Positions 23,581 through 38,800 of a stretch of DNA of 64,000 nucleotides are shown here, piece after piece (the stretch's first letter is position 1; each line of letters begins with the position of its first letter). A program made the position numbers and the translations under genes. This stretch comes from Eledone cirrhosa (lineage: Eukaryota): contig OZ024744.1 in NCBI GenBank assembly GCA_964016885.1, forward strand, positions 125,984,001-126,048,000, given 5' to 3'. The notes beneath the pieces were generated by a model. It made no database searches, had not been told where the DNA came from, and saw only the letters and a list, made by a program, of their open reading frames with translations.

Positions 23581-23810
23581 TAAGTTAAGTTGGGGCTAAG
23601 TTAAGTTGGGGCTAAGTTAAGTTGAGGTTAAGTTGAGTTGGGGTTAAGTTAAGTGGGGGTTAAGTTAAGCTGGGGTTAAGTTAAGTTGAGGTTAAGTTAA
23701 GTTGGGGTTAAGTCAAGTTGGGGTTAAGTTAAGTTGGGGTTAAGTTAGGTTGGGGTTAAGTTAGGTTGGGGTTAAGTTAAGTTGGGGTTAAGTTAGGTTG
23801 CGGTTAAGTT
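23581..23810 (+). repeat. G-rich 16-bp tandem repeat (GGGGTTAAGTTAAGTT)n, telomere-like, ~14 copies
   Basis: taagttaagttggggt(t/c) repeated, with ttagg variants. Confidence 0.9.
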
Positions 23811-26800
23811 ACATTCGCCGCCGGACTTCAGCTTCCTCATTTAGCATGGGCAGTTTTTCTTGAAAATCACACCACACACAGCAAATGTGTGTCCGCACAT
23901 GTACCAGTAATTACAGATCGATTCCGGTGAAAATTCACTGAAAACGGGCCATCCGGCCCTGTGCGTCGATCGTGGGCCGGCCGGATGTTGACGGATCGAT
24001 GTGTAATTAGAAGTACATGTGCGGACACTCATTGGCTGTGCGTGGTATGCATTTCAGCAAGATATCTCCGTAACATCAAGAGTTATGGCTGTGGAGGCAC
24101 ACCTAGTCAAACGTAAACAAGGTCTGGAGCGTTTACGCTTCGCGATTTTGTTTACGTTTGACTAGGTGTGCCTCCACAGCCACAACTCTTGATGTTACGG
24201 AGATATCTTGCTGAAATGCATACCGCGCACAGCCAATGAGTGTCCGCACATGTACTTCTAATTACACATCGATCCGTCAACATCCGGCCGGCCCACGATC
24301 GACGCACAGGGCCGGATGGCCCGTTTTCAGTGAATTTTCAACGGAATCGATCTGTAATTACTGGTACATGTGCGGAGACACATTTGCTGTGTGTGGTGTG
24401 ATTTTCAAGAAAAACTGCCCATGCTAAATGAGGAAGCTGAAGTCCGCCGGCGAATGGTGTGCTTCGAAGAAAACTAATTCGAAAATGACCGTTTGCAGGC
24501 GGAGTAACCTTTTCGATCGTGGGCCAGCCGCCCGTGGTGGGATCCATCTGTAATTACTGGTACATGTGCGGACATACATTTGCTGTGTGTGGTGTGATTT
24601 TCAAGAAGAACTGCCCATGCTAAATGAGGAAGCTGAAGTCCGCCGGCGAATGGTGTGCTTCGAAGAAAACTAATTCGAAAATGACCGTTTGCAGGCGGGG
24701 TAACCTTTTCGATCGTGGGCCAGCCGCCCGTGGTGGGATCCATCTGTAATTACTGGTACATGTGCGGACACACATTTGCTGTGTGTGGTGTGATTTTCGA
24801 GAAAGACTGCCCATGCTAAATGAGGAAGCTGAAGTCCGCCGGCGAATGGTGTGCTTCGAAGAAAACTAATTCGAAAATGACTATTTGCCGGCGGAATCAC
24901 CTTTTCGGTCCTGGTCCGGCCGGATCTTGCCGGATCGATCGGAAATTTGTGGACCATGTTCGGAAGGCCATTGTGCATGTGTGGTGAAAAAAATTTGTGT
25001 CGAAATCTTCTCGGAAAATAACGGATCGCCGGCGGAGATTGCCATTTCGATCGTGGGCCGGCCGGATCTTGTCGGATCGATTCGGACATATGTGCATCGT
25101 GTTCGCAAGGCCCTTGTCTATGTGTGGTGTGATTTTCATAAAGAAATTCCGAAAAACCCAGTTTTAAATCTGATTTCGCCAAAGAATTTTGGCTATCAGA
25201 TCGGGTTGAAAGGTATGGTTTCAGGTCGATCTGAAAGTCTAAAATGGAATTCACTCGGTTAGCTAACTATTGATATATCGGAGATATCTTTCTGAAAATC
25301 ACACCACACACTCCCAATGAGTGTCTGCACATGTACCAGTAATTACAGATGGATCCCACCACGGGCGGCCGGCCCACGATCGAAAAGGTTACTCCGAAGC
25401 ACACCATTCGCCGGCGGAATTCATTTAGCATGGGCAGTTTTTCTCGAAAATCACACCACACACAGCCAATGAGTGTCCGCACATGTACCAGTAATTACAG
25501 ATGGATCCCACCACGGGCGGCTGGCCCACGATCGAAAAGGTTACTCCGCCTGCAAACGGTCATTTTCGAATTAGTTTTCTTCGAAGCACACCATTCGCCG
25601 GCGGACTTCAGCTTCCTCATTTAGCATGGGCAGTTTTTCTCGAAAATCACACCACACACAGCAAATGTGTGTCCGCACATGTACCAGTAATTACAGATCG
25701 ATTCCGGTGAAAATTCACTGAAAACGGGCCATTCTGCCCTGTGCGTCGATCGTGGGCCGGCCGGATGTTGACGGATCGATGTGTAATTAGAAGTACATGT
25801 GCGGACACTCATTGGCTGTGCGTGGTATGCATTTCAGCAAGATATCTCCGTAACATCAAGAGTTATGGCTGTGGAGGCACACTTAGTCAAACGTAAACAA
25901 GCTCTGGAGCGTATACGCTTCGCGATTTTGTTTACGTTTGACTAGGTGTGCCTCCACAGCCACAACTCTTGATGTTACGGAGATATCTTGCTGAAATGCA
26001 TACCACGCACAGCCAATGAGTGTCCGCACATGTACTTCTAATTACACATCGATCCGTCAACATCCGGCCGGCCCACGATCGACGCACAGGGCCGGATGGC
26101 CCGTTTTCAGTGAATTTTCACCGGAATCGATCTGTAATTACTGGTACATGTGCGGACACACATTTGCTGTGTGTGGTGTGATTTTCACGAAAAACTGCCC
26201 ATGCTAAATGAGGAAGCTGAAGTCCGCCGGCGAATGGTGTGCTTCGAAGAAAACTAATTCGAAAATGACCGTTTGCAGGCGGAGTAACCTTTTCGATCGT
26301 GGGCCAGCCGCCCGTGGTGGGATACATCTGTAATTACTGGTACATGTGCGGACACACATTTGCTGTGTGTGGTGTGATTTTCGAGAAAGACTGCCCATGC
26401 TAAATGAGGAAGCTGAAGTCCGCCGGCGAATGGTGTGCTTCGAAGAAAACTAATTCGAAAATGACTATTTGCCGGCGGAATCACCTTTTCGGTCCTGGTC
26501 CGGCCGGATCTTGCCGGATCGATCGGAAATTTGTGGACCATGTTCGGAAGGCCATTGTGCATGTGTGGTGAAAAAAATTTGTGTCGAAATCTTCTCGGAA
26601 AATAACGGATCGCCGGCGGAGATTGCCATTTCGATCGTGGGCCGGCCGGATCTTGTCGGATCGATTCGGACATATGTGCATCGTGTTCGCAAGGCCCTTG
26701 TCTATGTGTGGTGTGATTTTCATAAAGAAATTCCGAAAAACCCAGTTTTAAATCTGATTTCGCCAAAGAATTTTGGCTATCAGATCGGGTTGAAAGGTAT

Positions 26801-29800
26801 GGTTTCAGGTCGATCTGAAAGTCTAAAATGGAATTCACTCGGTTAGCTAACTATTGATATATCGGAGATATCTTTCTGAAAATCACACCACACACTCCCA
26901 ATGAGTGTCTGCACATGTACCAGTAATTACAGATGGATCCCACCACGGGCGGCCGGCCCACGATCGAAAAGGTTACTCCGAAGCACACCATTCGCCGGCG
27001 GAATTCATTTAGCATGGGCAGTTTTTCTCGAAAATCACACCACACACAGCCAAAGAGTGTCCGCACATGTACCAGTAATTACAGATGGATCCCACCACGG
27101 GCGGCTGGCCCACGATCGAAAAGGTTACTCCGCCTGCAAACGGTCATTTTCGAATTAGTTTTCTTCGAAGCACACCATTCGCCGGCGGACTTCAGCTTCC
27201 TCATTTAGCATGGGCAGTTTTTCTCGAAAATCACACCACACACAGCAAATGTGTGTCCGCACATGTACCAGTAATTACAGATCGATTCCGGTGAAAATTC
27301 ACTGAAAACGGGCCATTCTGCCCTGTGCGTCGATCGTGGGCCGGCCGGATGTTGACGGATCGATGTGTAATTAGAAGTACATGTGCGGACACTCATTGGC
27401 TGTGCGTGGTATGCATTTCAGCAAGATATCTCCGTAACATCAAGAGTTATGGCTGTGGAGGCACACCTAGTCAAACGTAAACAAGCTCTGGAGCGTATAC
27501 GCTTCGCGATTTTGTTTACGTTTGACTAGGTGTGCCTCCACAGCCACAACTCTTGATGTTACGGAGATATCTTGCTGAAATGCATACCACGCACAGCCAA
27601 TGAGTGTCCGCACATGTACTTCTAATTACACATCGATCCGTCAACATCCGGCCGGCCCACGATCGACGCACAGGGCCGGATGGCCCGTTTTCAGTGAATT
27701 TTCACCGGAATCGATCTGTAATTACTGGTACATGTGCGGACACACATTTGCTGTGTGTGGTGTGATTTTCACGAAAAACTGCCCATGCTAAATGAGGAAG
27801 CTGAAGTCCGCCGGCGAATGGTGTGCTTCGAAGAAAACTAATTCGAAAATGACCGTTTGCAGGCGGAGTAACCTTTTCGATCGTGGGCCAGCCGCCCGTG
27901 GTGGGATCCATCTGTAATTACTGGTACATGTGCGGACACACATTTGCTGTGTGTGGTGTGATTTTCGAGAAAGACTGCCCATGCTAAATGAGGAAGCTGA
28001 AGTCCGCCGGCGAATGGTGTGCTTGGAAGAAAACTAATTCGAAAATGACTATTTGCCGGCGGAATCACCTTTTCGGTCCTGGTCCGGCCGGATCTTGCCG
28101 GATCGATCGGAAATTTGTGGACCATGTTCGGAAGGCCATTGTGCATGTGTGGTGAAAAAAATTTGTGTCGAAATCTTCTCGGAAAATAACGGATCGCCGG
28201 CGGAGATTGCCATTTCGATCGTGGGCCGGCCGGATCTTGTCGGATCGATTCGGACATATGTGCATCGTGTTCGCAAGGCCCTTGTCTATGTGTGGTGTGA
28301 TTTTCATAAAGAAATTCCGAAAAACCCAGTTTTAAATCTGATTTCGCCAAAGAATTTTGGCTATCAGATCGGGTTGAAAGGTATGGTTTCAGGTCGATCT
28401 GAAAGTCTAAAATGGAATTCACTCGGTTAGCTAACTATTGATATTTCGGAGATATCTTTCTGAAAATCACACCACACACTCCCAATGAGTGTCTGCACAT
28501 GTACCAGTAATTACAGATGGATCCCACCAAGGGCGGCCGGCCCACGATCGAAAAGGTTACTCCGAAGCACACCATTCGCCGGCCGAATTCATTTAGCATG
28601 GGCAGTTTTTCTCGAAAATCACACCACACACAGCCAATGAGTGTCCGCACATGTACCAGTAATTACAGATGGATCCCACCACGGGCGGCTGGCCCACGAT
28701 CGAAAAGGTTACTCCGCCTGCAAACGGTCATTTTCGAATTCGTTTTCTTCGAAGCACACGATTCGCCGGCGGACTTCAGCTGCCTCATTTAGCATGGGCA
28801 GTTTTTCTCGAAAATCACACCACACACAGCAAATGTGTGTCCGCACATGTACCAGTAATTACAGATCGATTCCGGTGAAAATTCACTGAAAACGGGCCAT
28901 TCGGCCCTGTGCGTCGATCGTGGGCCGGCCGGATGTTGACGGATCGATGTGTAATTAGAAGTACATGTGCGGACACTCATTGGCTGTGCGTGGTATGCAT
29001 TTCAGCAAGATATCTCCGTAACATCAAGAGTTATGGCTGTGGAGGCACACCTAGTCAAACGTAAACAAGCTCTGGAGCGTATACGCTTCGCGATTTTGTT
29101 TACGTTTGACTAGGTGTGCCTCCACAGCCACAACTCTTGATGTTACGGAGATATCTTGCTGAAATGCATACCACGCACAGCCAATGAGTGTCCGCACATG
29201 TACTTCTAATTACACATCGATCCGTCAACATCCGGCCGGCCCACGATCGACGCACAGGGCCGGATGGCCCGTTTTCAGTGAATTTTCACCGGAATCGATC
29301 TGTAATTACTGGTACATGTGCGGACACACATTTGCTGTGTGTGGTGTGATTTTCACGAAAAACTGCCCATGCTAAATGAGGAAGCTGAAGTCCGCCGGCG
29401 AATGGTGTGCTTCGAAGAAAACTAATTCGAAAATGACCGTTTGCAGGCGGAGTAACCTTTTCGATCGTGGGCCAGCCGCCCGTGGTGGGATACATCTGTA
29501 ATTACTGGTACATGTGCGGACACACATTTGCTGTGTGTGGTGTGATTTTCGAGAAAGACTGCCCATGCTAAATGAGGAAGCTGAAGTCCGCCGGCGAATG
29601 GTGTGCTTCGAAGAAAACTAATTCGAAAATGACTATTTGCCGGCGGAATCACCTTTTCGGTCCTGGTCCGGCCGGATCTTGCCGGATCGATCGGAAATTT
29701 GTGGACCATGTTCGGAAGGCCATTGTGCATGTGTGATGAAAAAAATTTGTGTCGAAATCTTCTCGGAAAATAACGGATCGCCGGCGGAGATTGCCATTTC

Positions 29801-32800
29801 GATCGTGGGCCGGCCGGATCTTGTCGGATCGATTCGGACATATGTGCATCGTGTTCGCAAGGCCCTTGTCTATGTGTGGTGTGATTTTCATAAAGAAATT
29901 CCGAAAAACCCAGTTTTAAATCTGATTTCGCCAAAGAATTTTGGCTATCAGATCGGGTTGAAAGGTATGGTTTCAGGTCGATCTGAAAGTCTAAAATGGA
30001 ATTCACTCGGTTAGCTAACTTTTGATATATCGGAGATATCTTTCTGAAAATCACACCACACACTCCCAATGAGTGTCTGCACATGTACCAGTAATTACAG
30101 ATGGATCCCACCACGGGCGGCCGGCCCACGATCGAAAAGGTTACTCCGAAGCACACCATTCGCCGGCGGAATTCATTTAGCATGGGCAGTTTTTCTCGAA
30201 AATCACACCACACACAGCCAATGAGTGTCCGCACATGTACCAGTAATTACAGATGGATCCCACCACGGGCGGCTGGCCCACGATCGAAAAGGTTACTCCG
30301 CCTGCAAACGGTCATTTTCGAATTAGTTTTCTTCGAAGCACACCATTCGCCGGCGGACTTCAGCTTCCTCATTTAGCATGGGCAGTTTTTCTTGAAAATC
30401 ACACCACACACAGCAAATGTGTGTCCGCACATGTACCAGTAATTACAGATCGATTCCGGTGAAAATTCACTGAAAACGGGCCATTCGGCCCTGTGCGTCG
30501 ATCGTGGGCCGGCCGGATGTTGACGGATCGATGTGTAATTAGAAGTACATGTGCGGACACTCATTGGCTGTGCGCGGTATGCATTTCAGCAAGATATCTC
30601 CGTAACATCAAGAGTTATGGCTGTGGAGGCACACCTAGTCAAACGTAAACAAGGTCTGGAGCGTTTACGCTTCGCGATTTTGTTTACGTTTGACTAGGTG
30701 TGCCTCCACAGCCACAACTCTTGATGTTACGGAGATATCTTGCTGAAATGCATACCGCGCACAGCCAATGAGTGTCCGCACATGTACTTCTAATTACACA
30801 TCGATCCGTCAACATCCGGCCGGCCCACGATCTACGCACAGGGCCGGATGGCCCGTTTTCAGTGAATTCTCACCGGAATCGATCTGTAATTACTGGTACA
30901 TGTGCGGAGACACATTTGCTGTGTGTGGTGTGATTTTCAAGAAAAACTGCCCATGCTAAATGAGGAAGCTGAAGTCCGCCGGCGAATGGTGTGCTTCGAA
31001 GAAAACTAATTCGAAAATGACCGTTTGCAGGCGGAGTAACCTTTTCGATCGTGGGCCAGCCGCCCGTGGTGGGATCCATCTGTAATTACTGGTACATGTG
31101 CGGACATACATTTGCTGTGTGCGGTGTGATTTTCAAGAAGAACTGCCCATGCTAAATGAGGAAGCTGAAGTCCGCCGGCGAATGGTGTGCTTCGAAGAAA
31201 ACTAATTCGAAAATGACCGTTTGCAGGCGGGGTAACCTTTTCGATCGTGGGCCAGCCGCCCGTGGTGGGATCCATCTGTAATTACTGGTACATGTGCGGA
31301 CACACATTTGCTGTGTGTGGTGTGATTTTCGAGAAAGACTGCCCATGCTAAATGAGGAAGCTGAAGTCCGCCGGCGAATGGTGTGCTTCGAAGAAAACTA
31401 ATTCGAAAATGACTATTTGCCGGCGGAATCACCTTTTCGGTCCTGGTCCGGCCGGATCTTGCCGGATCGATCGGAAATTTGTGGACCATGTTCGGAAGGC
31501 CATTGTGCATGTGTGGTGAAAAAAATTTGTGTCGAAATCTTCTCGGAAAATAACGGATCGCCGGCGGAGATTGCCATTTCGATCGTGGGCCGGCCGGATC
31601 TTGTCGGATCGATTCGGACATATGTGCATCGTGTTCGCAAGGCCCTTGTCTATGTGTGGTGTGATTTTCATAAAGAAATTCCGAAAAACCCAGTTTTAAA
31701 TCTGATTTCGCCAAAGAATTTTGGCTATCAGATCGGGTTGAAAGGTATGGTTTCAGGTCGATCTGAAAGTCTAAAATGGAATTCATTCGGTTAGCTAACT
31801 ATTGATATATCGGAGATATCTTTCTGAAAATCACACCACACACTCCCAATGAGTGTCTGCACATGTACCAGTAATTACAGATGGATCCCACCACGGGCGG
31901 CCGGCCCACGATCGAAAAGGTTACTCCGAAGCACACCATTCGCCGGCGGAATTCATTTAGCATGGGCAGTTTTTCTCGAAAATCACACCACACACAGCCA
32001 ATGAGTGTCCGCACATGTACCAGTAATTACAGATGGATCCCACCACGGGCGGCTGGCCCACGATCGAAAAGGTTACTCCGCCTGCAAACGGTCATTTTCG
32101 AATTCGTTTTCTTCGAAGCACACGATTCGCCGGCGGACTTCAGCTGCCTCATTTAGCATGGGCAGTTTTTCTCGAAAATCACACCACACACAGCAAATGT
32201 GTGTCCGCACATGTACCAGTAATTACAGATCGATTCCGGTGAAAATTCACTGAAAACGGGCCATTCGGCCCTGTGCGTCGATCGTGGGCCGGCCGGATGT
32301 TGACGGATCGATGTGTAATTAGAAGTACATGTGCGGACACTCATTGGCTGTGCGTGGTATGCATTTCAGCAAGATATCTCCGTAACATCAAGAGTTATGG
32401 CTGTGGAGGCACACCTAGTCAAACGTAAACAAGCTCTGGAGCGTATACGCTTCGCGATTTTGTTTACGTTTGACTAGGTGTGCCTCCACAGCCACAACTC
32501 TTGATGTTACGGAGATATCTTGCTGAAATGCATACCACGCACAGCCAATGAGTGTCCGCACATGTACTTCTAATTACACATCGATCCGTCAACATCCGGC
32601 CGGCCCACGATCGACGCACAGGGCCGGATGGCCCGTTTTCAGTGAATTTTCACCGGAATCGATCTGTAATTACTGGTACATGTGCGGACACACATTTGCT
32701 GTGTGTGGTGTGATTTTCACGAAAAACTGCCCATGCTAAATGAGGAAGCTGAAGTCCGCCGGCGAATGGTGTGCTTCGAAGAAAACTAATTCGAAAATGA

Positions 32801-35800
32801 CCGTTTGCAGGCGGAGTAACCTTTTCGATCGTGGGCCAGCCGCCCGTGGTGGGATACATCTGTAATTACTGGTACATGTGCGGACCCACATTTGCTGTGT
32901 GTGGTGTGATTTTCGAGAAAGACTGCCCATGCTAAATGAGGAAGCTGAAGTCCGCCGGCGAATGGTGTGCTTCGAAGAAAACTAATTCGAAAATGACTAT
33001 TTGCCGGCGGAATCACCTTTTCGGTCCTGGTCCGGCCGGATCTTGCCGGATCGATCGGAAATTTGTGGACCATGTTCGGAAGGCCATTGTGCATGTGTGA
33101 TGAAAAAAATTTGTGTCGAAATCTTCTCGGAAAATAACGGATCGCCGGCGGAGATTGCCATTTCGATCGTGGGCCGGCCGGATCTTGTCGGATCGATTCG
33201 GACATATGTGCATCGTGTTCGCAAGGCCCTTGTCTATGTGTGGTGTGATTTTCATAAAGAAATTCCGAAAAACCCAGTTTTAAATCTGATTTCGCCAAAG
33301 AATTTTGGGTATCAGATCGGGTTGAAAGGTATGGTTTCAGGTCGATCTGAAAGTCTAAAATGGAATTCACTCGGTTAGCTAACTTTTGATATATCGGAGA
33401 TATCTTTCTGAAAATCACACCACACACTCCCAATGAGTGTCTGCACATGTACCAGTAATTACAGATGGATCCCACCACGGGCGGCCGGCCCACGATCGAA
33501 AAGGTTACTCCGAAGCACACCATTCGCCGGCGGAATTCATTTAGCATGGGCAGTTTTTCTCGAAAATCACACCACACACAGCCAAAGAGTGTCCGCACAT
33601 GTACCAGTAATTACAGATGGATCCCACCACGGGCGGCTGGCCCACGATCGAAAAGGTTACTCCGCCTGCAAACGGTCATTTTCGAATTAGTTTTCTTCGA
33701 AGCACACCATTCGCCGGCGGACTTCAGCTTCCTCATTTAGCATGGGCAGTTTTTCTCGAAAATCACACCACACACAGCAAATGTGTGTCCGCACATGTAC
33801 CAGTAATTACAGATCGATTCCGGTGAAAATTCACTGAAAACGGGCCATTCTGCCCTGTGCGTCGATCGTGGGCCGGCCGGATGTTGACGGATCGATGTGT
33901 AATTAGAAGTACATGTGCGGACACTCATTGGCTGTGCGTGGTATGCATTTCAGCAAGATATCTCCGTAACATCAAGAGTTATGGCTGTGGAGGCACACCT
34001 AGTCAAACGTAAACAAGCTCTGGAGCGTATACGCTTCGCGATTTTGTTTACGTTTGACTAGGTGTGCCTCCACAGCCACAACTCTTGATGTTACGGAGAT
34101 ATCTTGCTGAAATGCATACCACGCACAGCCAATGAGTGTCCGCACATGTACTTCTAATTACACATCGATCCGTCAACATCCGGCCGGCCCACGATCGACG
34201 CACAGGGCCGGATGGCCCGTTTTCAGTGAATTTTCACCGGAATCGATCTGTAATTACTGGTACATGTGCGGACACACATTTGCTGTGTGTGGTGTGATTT
34301 TCACGAAAAACTGCCCATGCTAAATGAGGAAGCTGAAGTCCGCCGGCGAATGGTGTGCTTCGAAGAAAACTAATTCGAAAATGACCGTTTGCAGGCGGAG
34401 TAACCTTTTCGATCGTGGGCCAGCCGCCCGTGGTGGGATCCATCTGTAATTACTGGTACATGTGCGGACACACATTTGCTGTGTGTGGTGTGATTTTCGA
34501 GAAAGACTGCCCATGCTAAATGAGGAAGCTGAAGTCCGCCGGCGAATGGTGTGCTTGGAAGAAAACTAATTCGAAAATGACTATTTGCCGGCGGAATCAC
34601 CTTTTCGGTCCTGGTCCGGCCGGATCTTGCCGGATCGATCGGAAATTTGTGGACCATGTTCGGAAGGCCATTGTGCATGTGTGGTGAAAAAAATTTGTGT
34701 CGAAATCTTCTCGGAAAATAACGGATCGCCGGCGGAGATTGCCATTTCGATCGTGGGCCGGCCGGATCTTGTCGGATCGATTCGGACATATGTGCATCGT
34801 GTTCGCAAGGCCCTTGTCTATGTGTGGTGTGATTTTCATAAAGAAATTCCGAAAAACCCAGTTTTAAATCTGATTTCGCCAAAGAATTTTGGCTATCAGA
34901 TCGGGTTGAAAGGTATGGTTTCAGGTCGATCTGAAAGTCTAAAATGGAATTCACTCGGTTAGCTAACTATTGATATTTCGGAGATATCTTTCTGAAAATC
35001 ACACCACACACTCCCAATGAGTGTCTGCACATGTACCAGTAATTACAGATGGATCCCACCACGGGCGGCCGGCCCACGATCGAAAAGGTTACTCCGAAGC
35101 ACACCATTCGCCGGCCGAATTCATTTAGCATGGGCAGTTTTTCTCGAAAATCACACCACACACAGCCAATGAGTGTCCGCACATGTACCAGTAATTACAG
35201 ATGGATCCCACCACGGGCGGCTGGCCCACGATCGAAAAGGTTACTCCGCCTGCAAACGGTCATTTTCGAATTCGTTTTCTTCGAAGCACACGATTCGCCG
35301 GCGGACTTCAGCTGCCTCATTTAGCATGGGCAGTTTTTCTCGAAAATCACACCACACACAGCAAATGTGTGTCCGCACATGTACCAGTAATTACAGATCG
35401 ATTCCGGTGAAAATTCACTGAAAACGGGCCATTCGGCCCTGTGCGTCGATCGTGGGCCGGCCGGATGTTGACGGATCGATGTGTAATTAGAAGTACATGT
35501 GCGGACACTCATTGGCTGTGCGTGGTATGCATTTCAGCAAGATATCTCCGTAACATCAAGAGTTATGGCTGTGGAGGCACACCTAGTCAAACGTAAACAA
35601 GCTCTGGAGCGTATACGCTTCGCGATTTTGTTTACGTTTGACTAGGTGTGCCTCCACAGCCACAACTCTTGATGTTACGGAGATATCTTGCTGAAATGCA
35701 TACCACGCACAGCCAATGAGTGTCCGCACATGTACTTCTAATTACACATCGATCCGTCAACATCCGGCCGGCCCACGATCGACGCACAGGGCCGGATGGC

Positions 35801-38800
35801 CCGTTTTCAGTGAATTTTCACCGGAATCGATCTGTAATTACTGGTACATGTGCGGACACACATTTGCTGTGTGTGGTGTGATTTTCACGAAAAACTGCCC
35901 ATGCTAAATGAGGAAGCTGAATTCCGCCGGCGAATGGTGTGCTTCGAAGAAAACTAATTCGAAAATGACCGTTTGCAGGCGGAGTAACCTTTTCGATCGT
36001 GGGCCAGCCGCCCGTGGTGGGATACATCTGTAATTACTGGTACATGTGCGGACACACATTTGCTGTGTGTGGTGTGATTTTCGAGAAAGACTGCCCATGC
36101 TAAATGAGGAAGCTGAAGTCCGCCGGCGAATGGTGTGCTTCGAAGAAAACTAATTCGAAAATGACTATTTGCCGGCGGAATCACCTTTTCGGTCCTGGTC
36201 CGGCCGGATCTTGCCGGATCGATCGGAAATTTGTGGACCATGTTCGGAAGGCCATTGTGCATGTGTGATGAAAAAAATTTGTGTCGAAATCTTCTCGGAA
36301 AATAACGGATCGCCGGCGGAGATTGCCATTTCGATCGTGGGCCGGCCGGATCTTGTCGGATCGATTCGGACATATGTGCATCGTGTTCGCAAGGCCCTTG
36401 TCTATGTGTGGTGTGATTTTCATAAAGAAATTCCGAAAAACCCAGTTTTAAATCTGATTTCGCCAAAGAATTTTGGCTATCAGATCGGGTTGAAAGGTAT
36501 GGTTTCAGGTCGATCTGAAAGTCTAAAATGGAATTCACTCGGTTAGCTAACTATTGATATTTCGGAGATATCTTTCTGAAAATCACACCACACACTCCCA
36601 ATGAGTGTCTGCACATGTACCAGTAATTACAGATGGATCCCACCACGGGCGGCCGGCCCACGATCGAAAAGGTTACTCCGAAGCACACCATTCGCCGGCG
36701 GAATTCATTTAGCATGGGCAGTTTTTCTCGAAAATCACACCACACACAGCCAATGAGTGTCCGCACATGTACCAGTAATTACAGATGGATCCCACCACGG
36801 GCGGCTGGCCCACGATCGAAAAGGTTACTCCGCCTGCAAACGGTCATTTTCGAATTCGTTTTCTTCGAAGCACACGATTCGCCGGCGGACTTCAGCTGCC
36901 TCATTTAGCATGGGCAGTTTTTCTCGAAAATCACACCACACACAGCAAATGTGTGTCCGCACATGTACCAGTAATTACAGATCGATTCCGGTGAAAATTC
37001 ACTGAAAACGGGCCATTCGGCCCTGTGCGTCGATCGTGGGCCGGCCGGATGTTGACGGATCGATGTGTAATTAGAAGTACATGTGTGGACACTCATTGGC
37101 TGTGCGTGGTATGCATTTCAGCAAGATATCTCCGTAACATCAAGAGTTATGGCTGTGGAGGCACACCTAGTCAAACGTAAACAAGCTCTGGAGCGTATAC
37201 GCTTCGCGATTTTGTTTACGTTTGACTAGGTGTGCCTCCACAGCCACAACTCTTGATGTTACGGAGATATCTTGCTGAAATGCATACCACGCACAGCCAA
37301 TGAGTGTCCGCACATGTACTTCTAATTACACATCGATCCGTCAACATCCGGCCGGCCCACGATCGACGCACAGGGCCGGATGGCCCGTTTTCAGTGAATT
37401 TTCACCGGAATCGATCTGTAATTACTGGTACATGTGCGGACACACATTTGCTGTGTGTGGTGTGATTTTCACGAAAAACTGCCCATGCTAAATGAGGAAG
37501 CTGAAGTCCGCCGGCGAATGGTGTGCTTCGAAGAAAACTAATTCGAAAATGACCGTTTGCAGGCGGAGTAACCTTTTCGATCGTGGGCCAGCCGCCCGTG
37601 GTGGGATACATCTGTAATTACTGGTACATGTGCGGACACACATTTGCTGTGTGTGGTGTGATTTTCGAGAAAGACTGCCCATGCTAAATGAGGAAGCTGA
37701 AGTCCGCCGGCGAATGGTGTGCTTCGAAGAAAACTAATTCGAAAATGACTATTTGCCGGCGGAATCACCTTTTCGGTCCTGGTCCGGCCGGATCTTGCCG
37801 GATCGATCGGAAATTTGTGGACCATGTTCGGAAGGCCATTGTGCATGTGTGATGAAAAAAATTTGTGTCGAAATCTTCTCGGAAAATAACGGATCGCCGG
37901 CGGAGATTGCCATTTCGATCGTGGGCCGGCCGGATCTTGTCGGATCGATTCGGACATATGTGCATCGTGTTCGCAAGGCCCTTGTCTATGTGTGGTGTGA
38001 TTTTCATAAAGAAATTCCGAAAAACCCAGTTTTAAATCTGATTTCGCCAAAGAATTTTGGCTATCAGATCGGGTTGAAAGGTATGGTTTCAGGTCGATCT
38101 GAAAGTCTAAAATGGAATTCACTCGGTTAGCTAACTTTTGATATATCGGAGATATCTTTCTGAAAATCACACCACACACTCCCAATGAGTGTCTGCACAT
38201 GTACCAGTAATTACAGATGGATCCCACCACGGGCGGCCGGCCCACGATCGAAAAGGTTACTCCGAAGCACACCATTCGCCGGCGGAATTCATTTAGCATG
38301 GGCAGTTTTTCTCGAAAATCACACCACACACAGCCAATGAGTGTCCGCACATGTACCAGTAATTACAGATGGATCCCACCACGGGCGGCTGGCCCACGAT
38401 CGAAAAGGTTACTCCGCCTGCAAACGGTCATTTTCGAATTAGTTTTCTTCGAAGCACACCATTCGCCGGCGGACTTCAGCTTCCTCATTTAGCATGGGCA
38501 GTTTTTCTTGAAAATCACACCACACACAGCAAATGTGTGTCCGCACATGTACCAGTAATTACAGATCGATTCCGGTGAAAATTCACTGAAAACGGGCCAT
38601 TCGGCCCTGTGCGTCGATCGTGGGCCGGCCGGATGTTGACGGATCGATGTGTAATTAGAAGTACATGTGCGGACACTCATTGGCTGTGCGCGGTATGCAT
38701 TTCAGCAAGATATCTCCGTAACATCAAGAGTTATGGCTGTGGAGGCACACCTAGTCAAACGTAAACAAGGTCTGGAGCGTTTACGCTTCGCGATTTTGTT

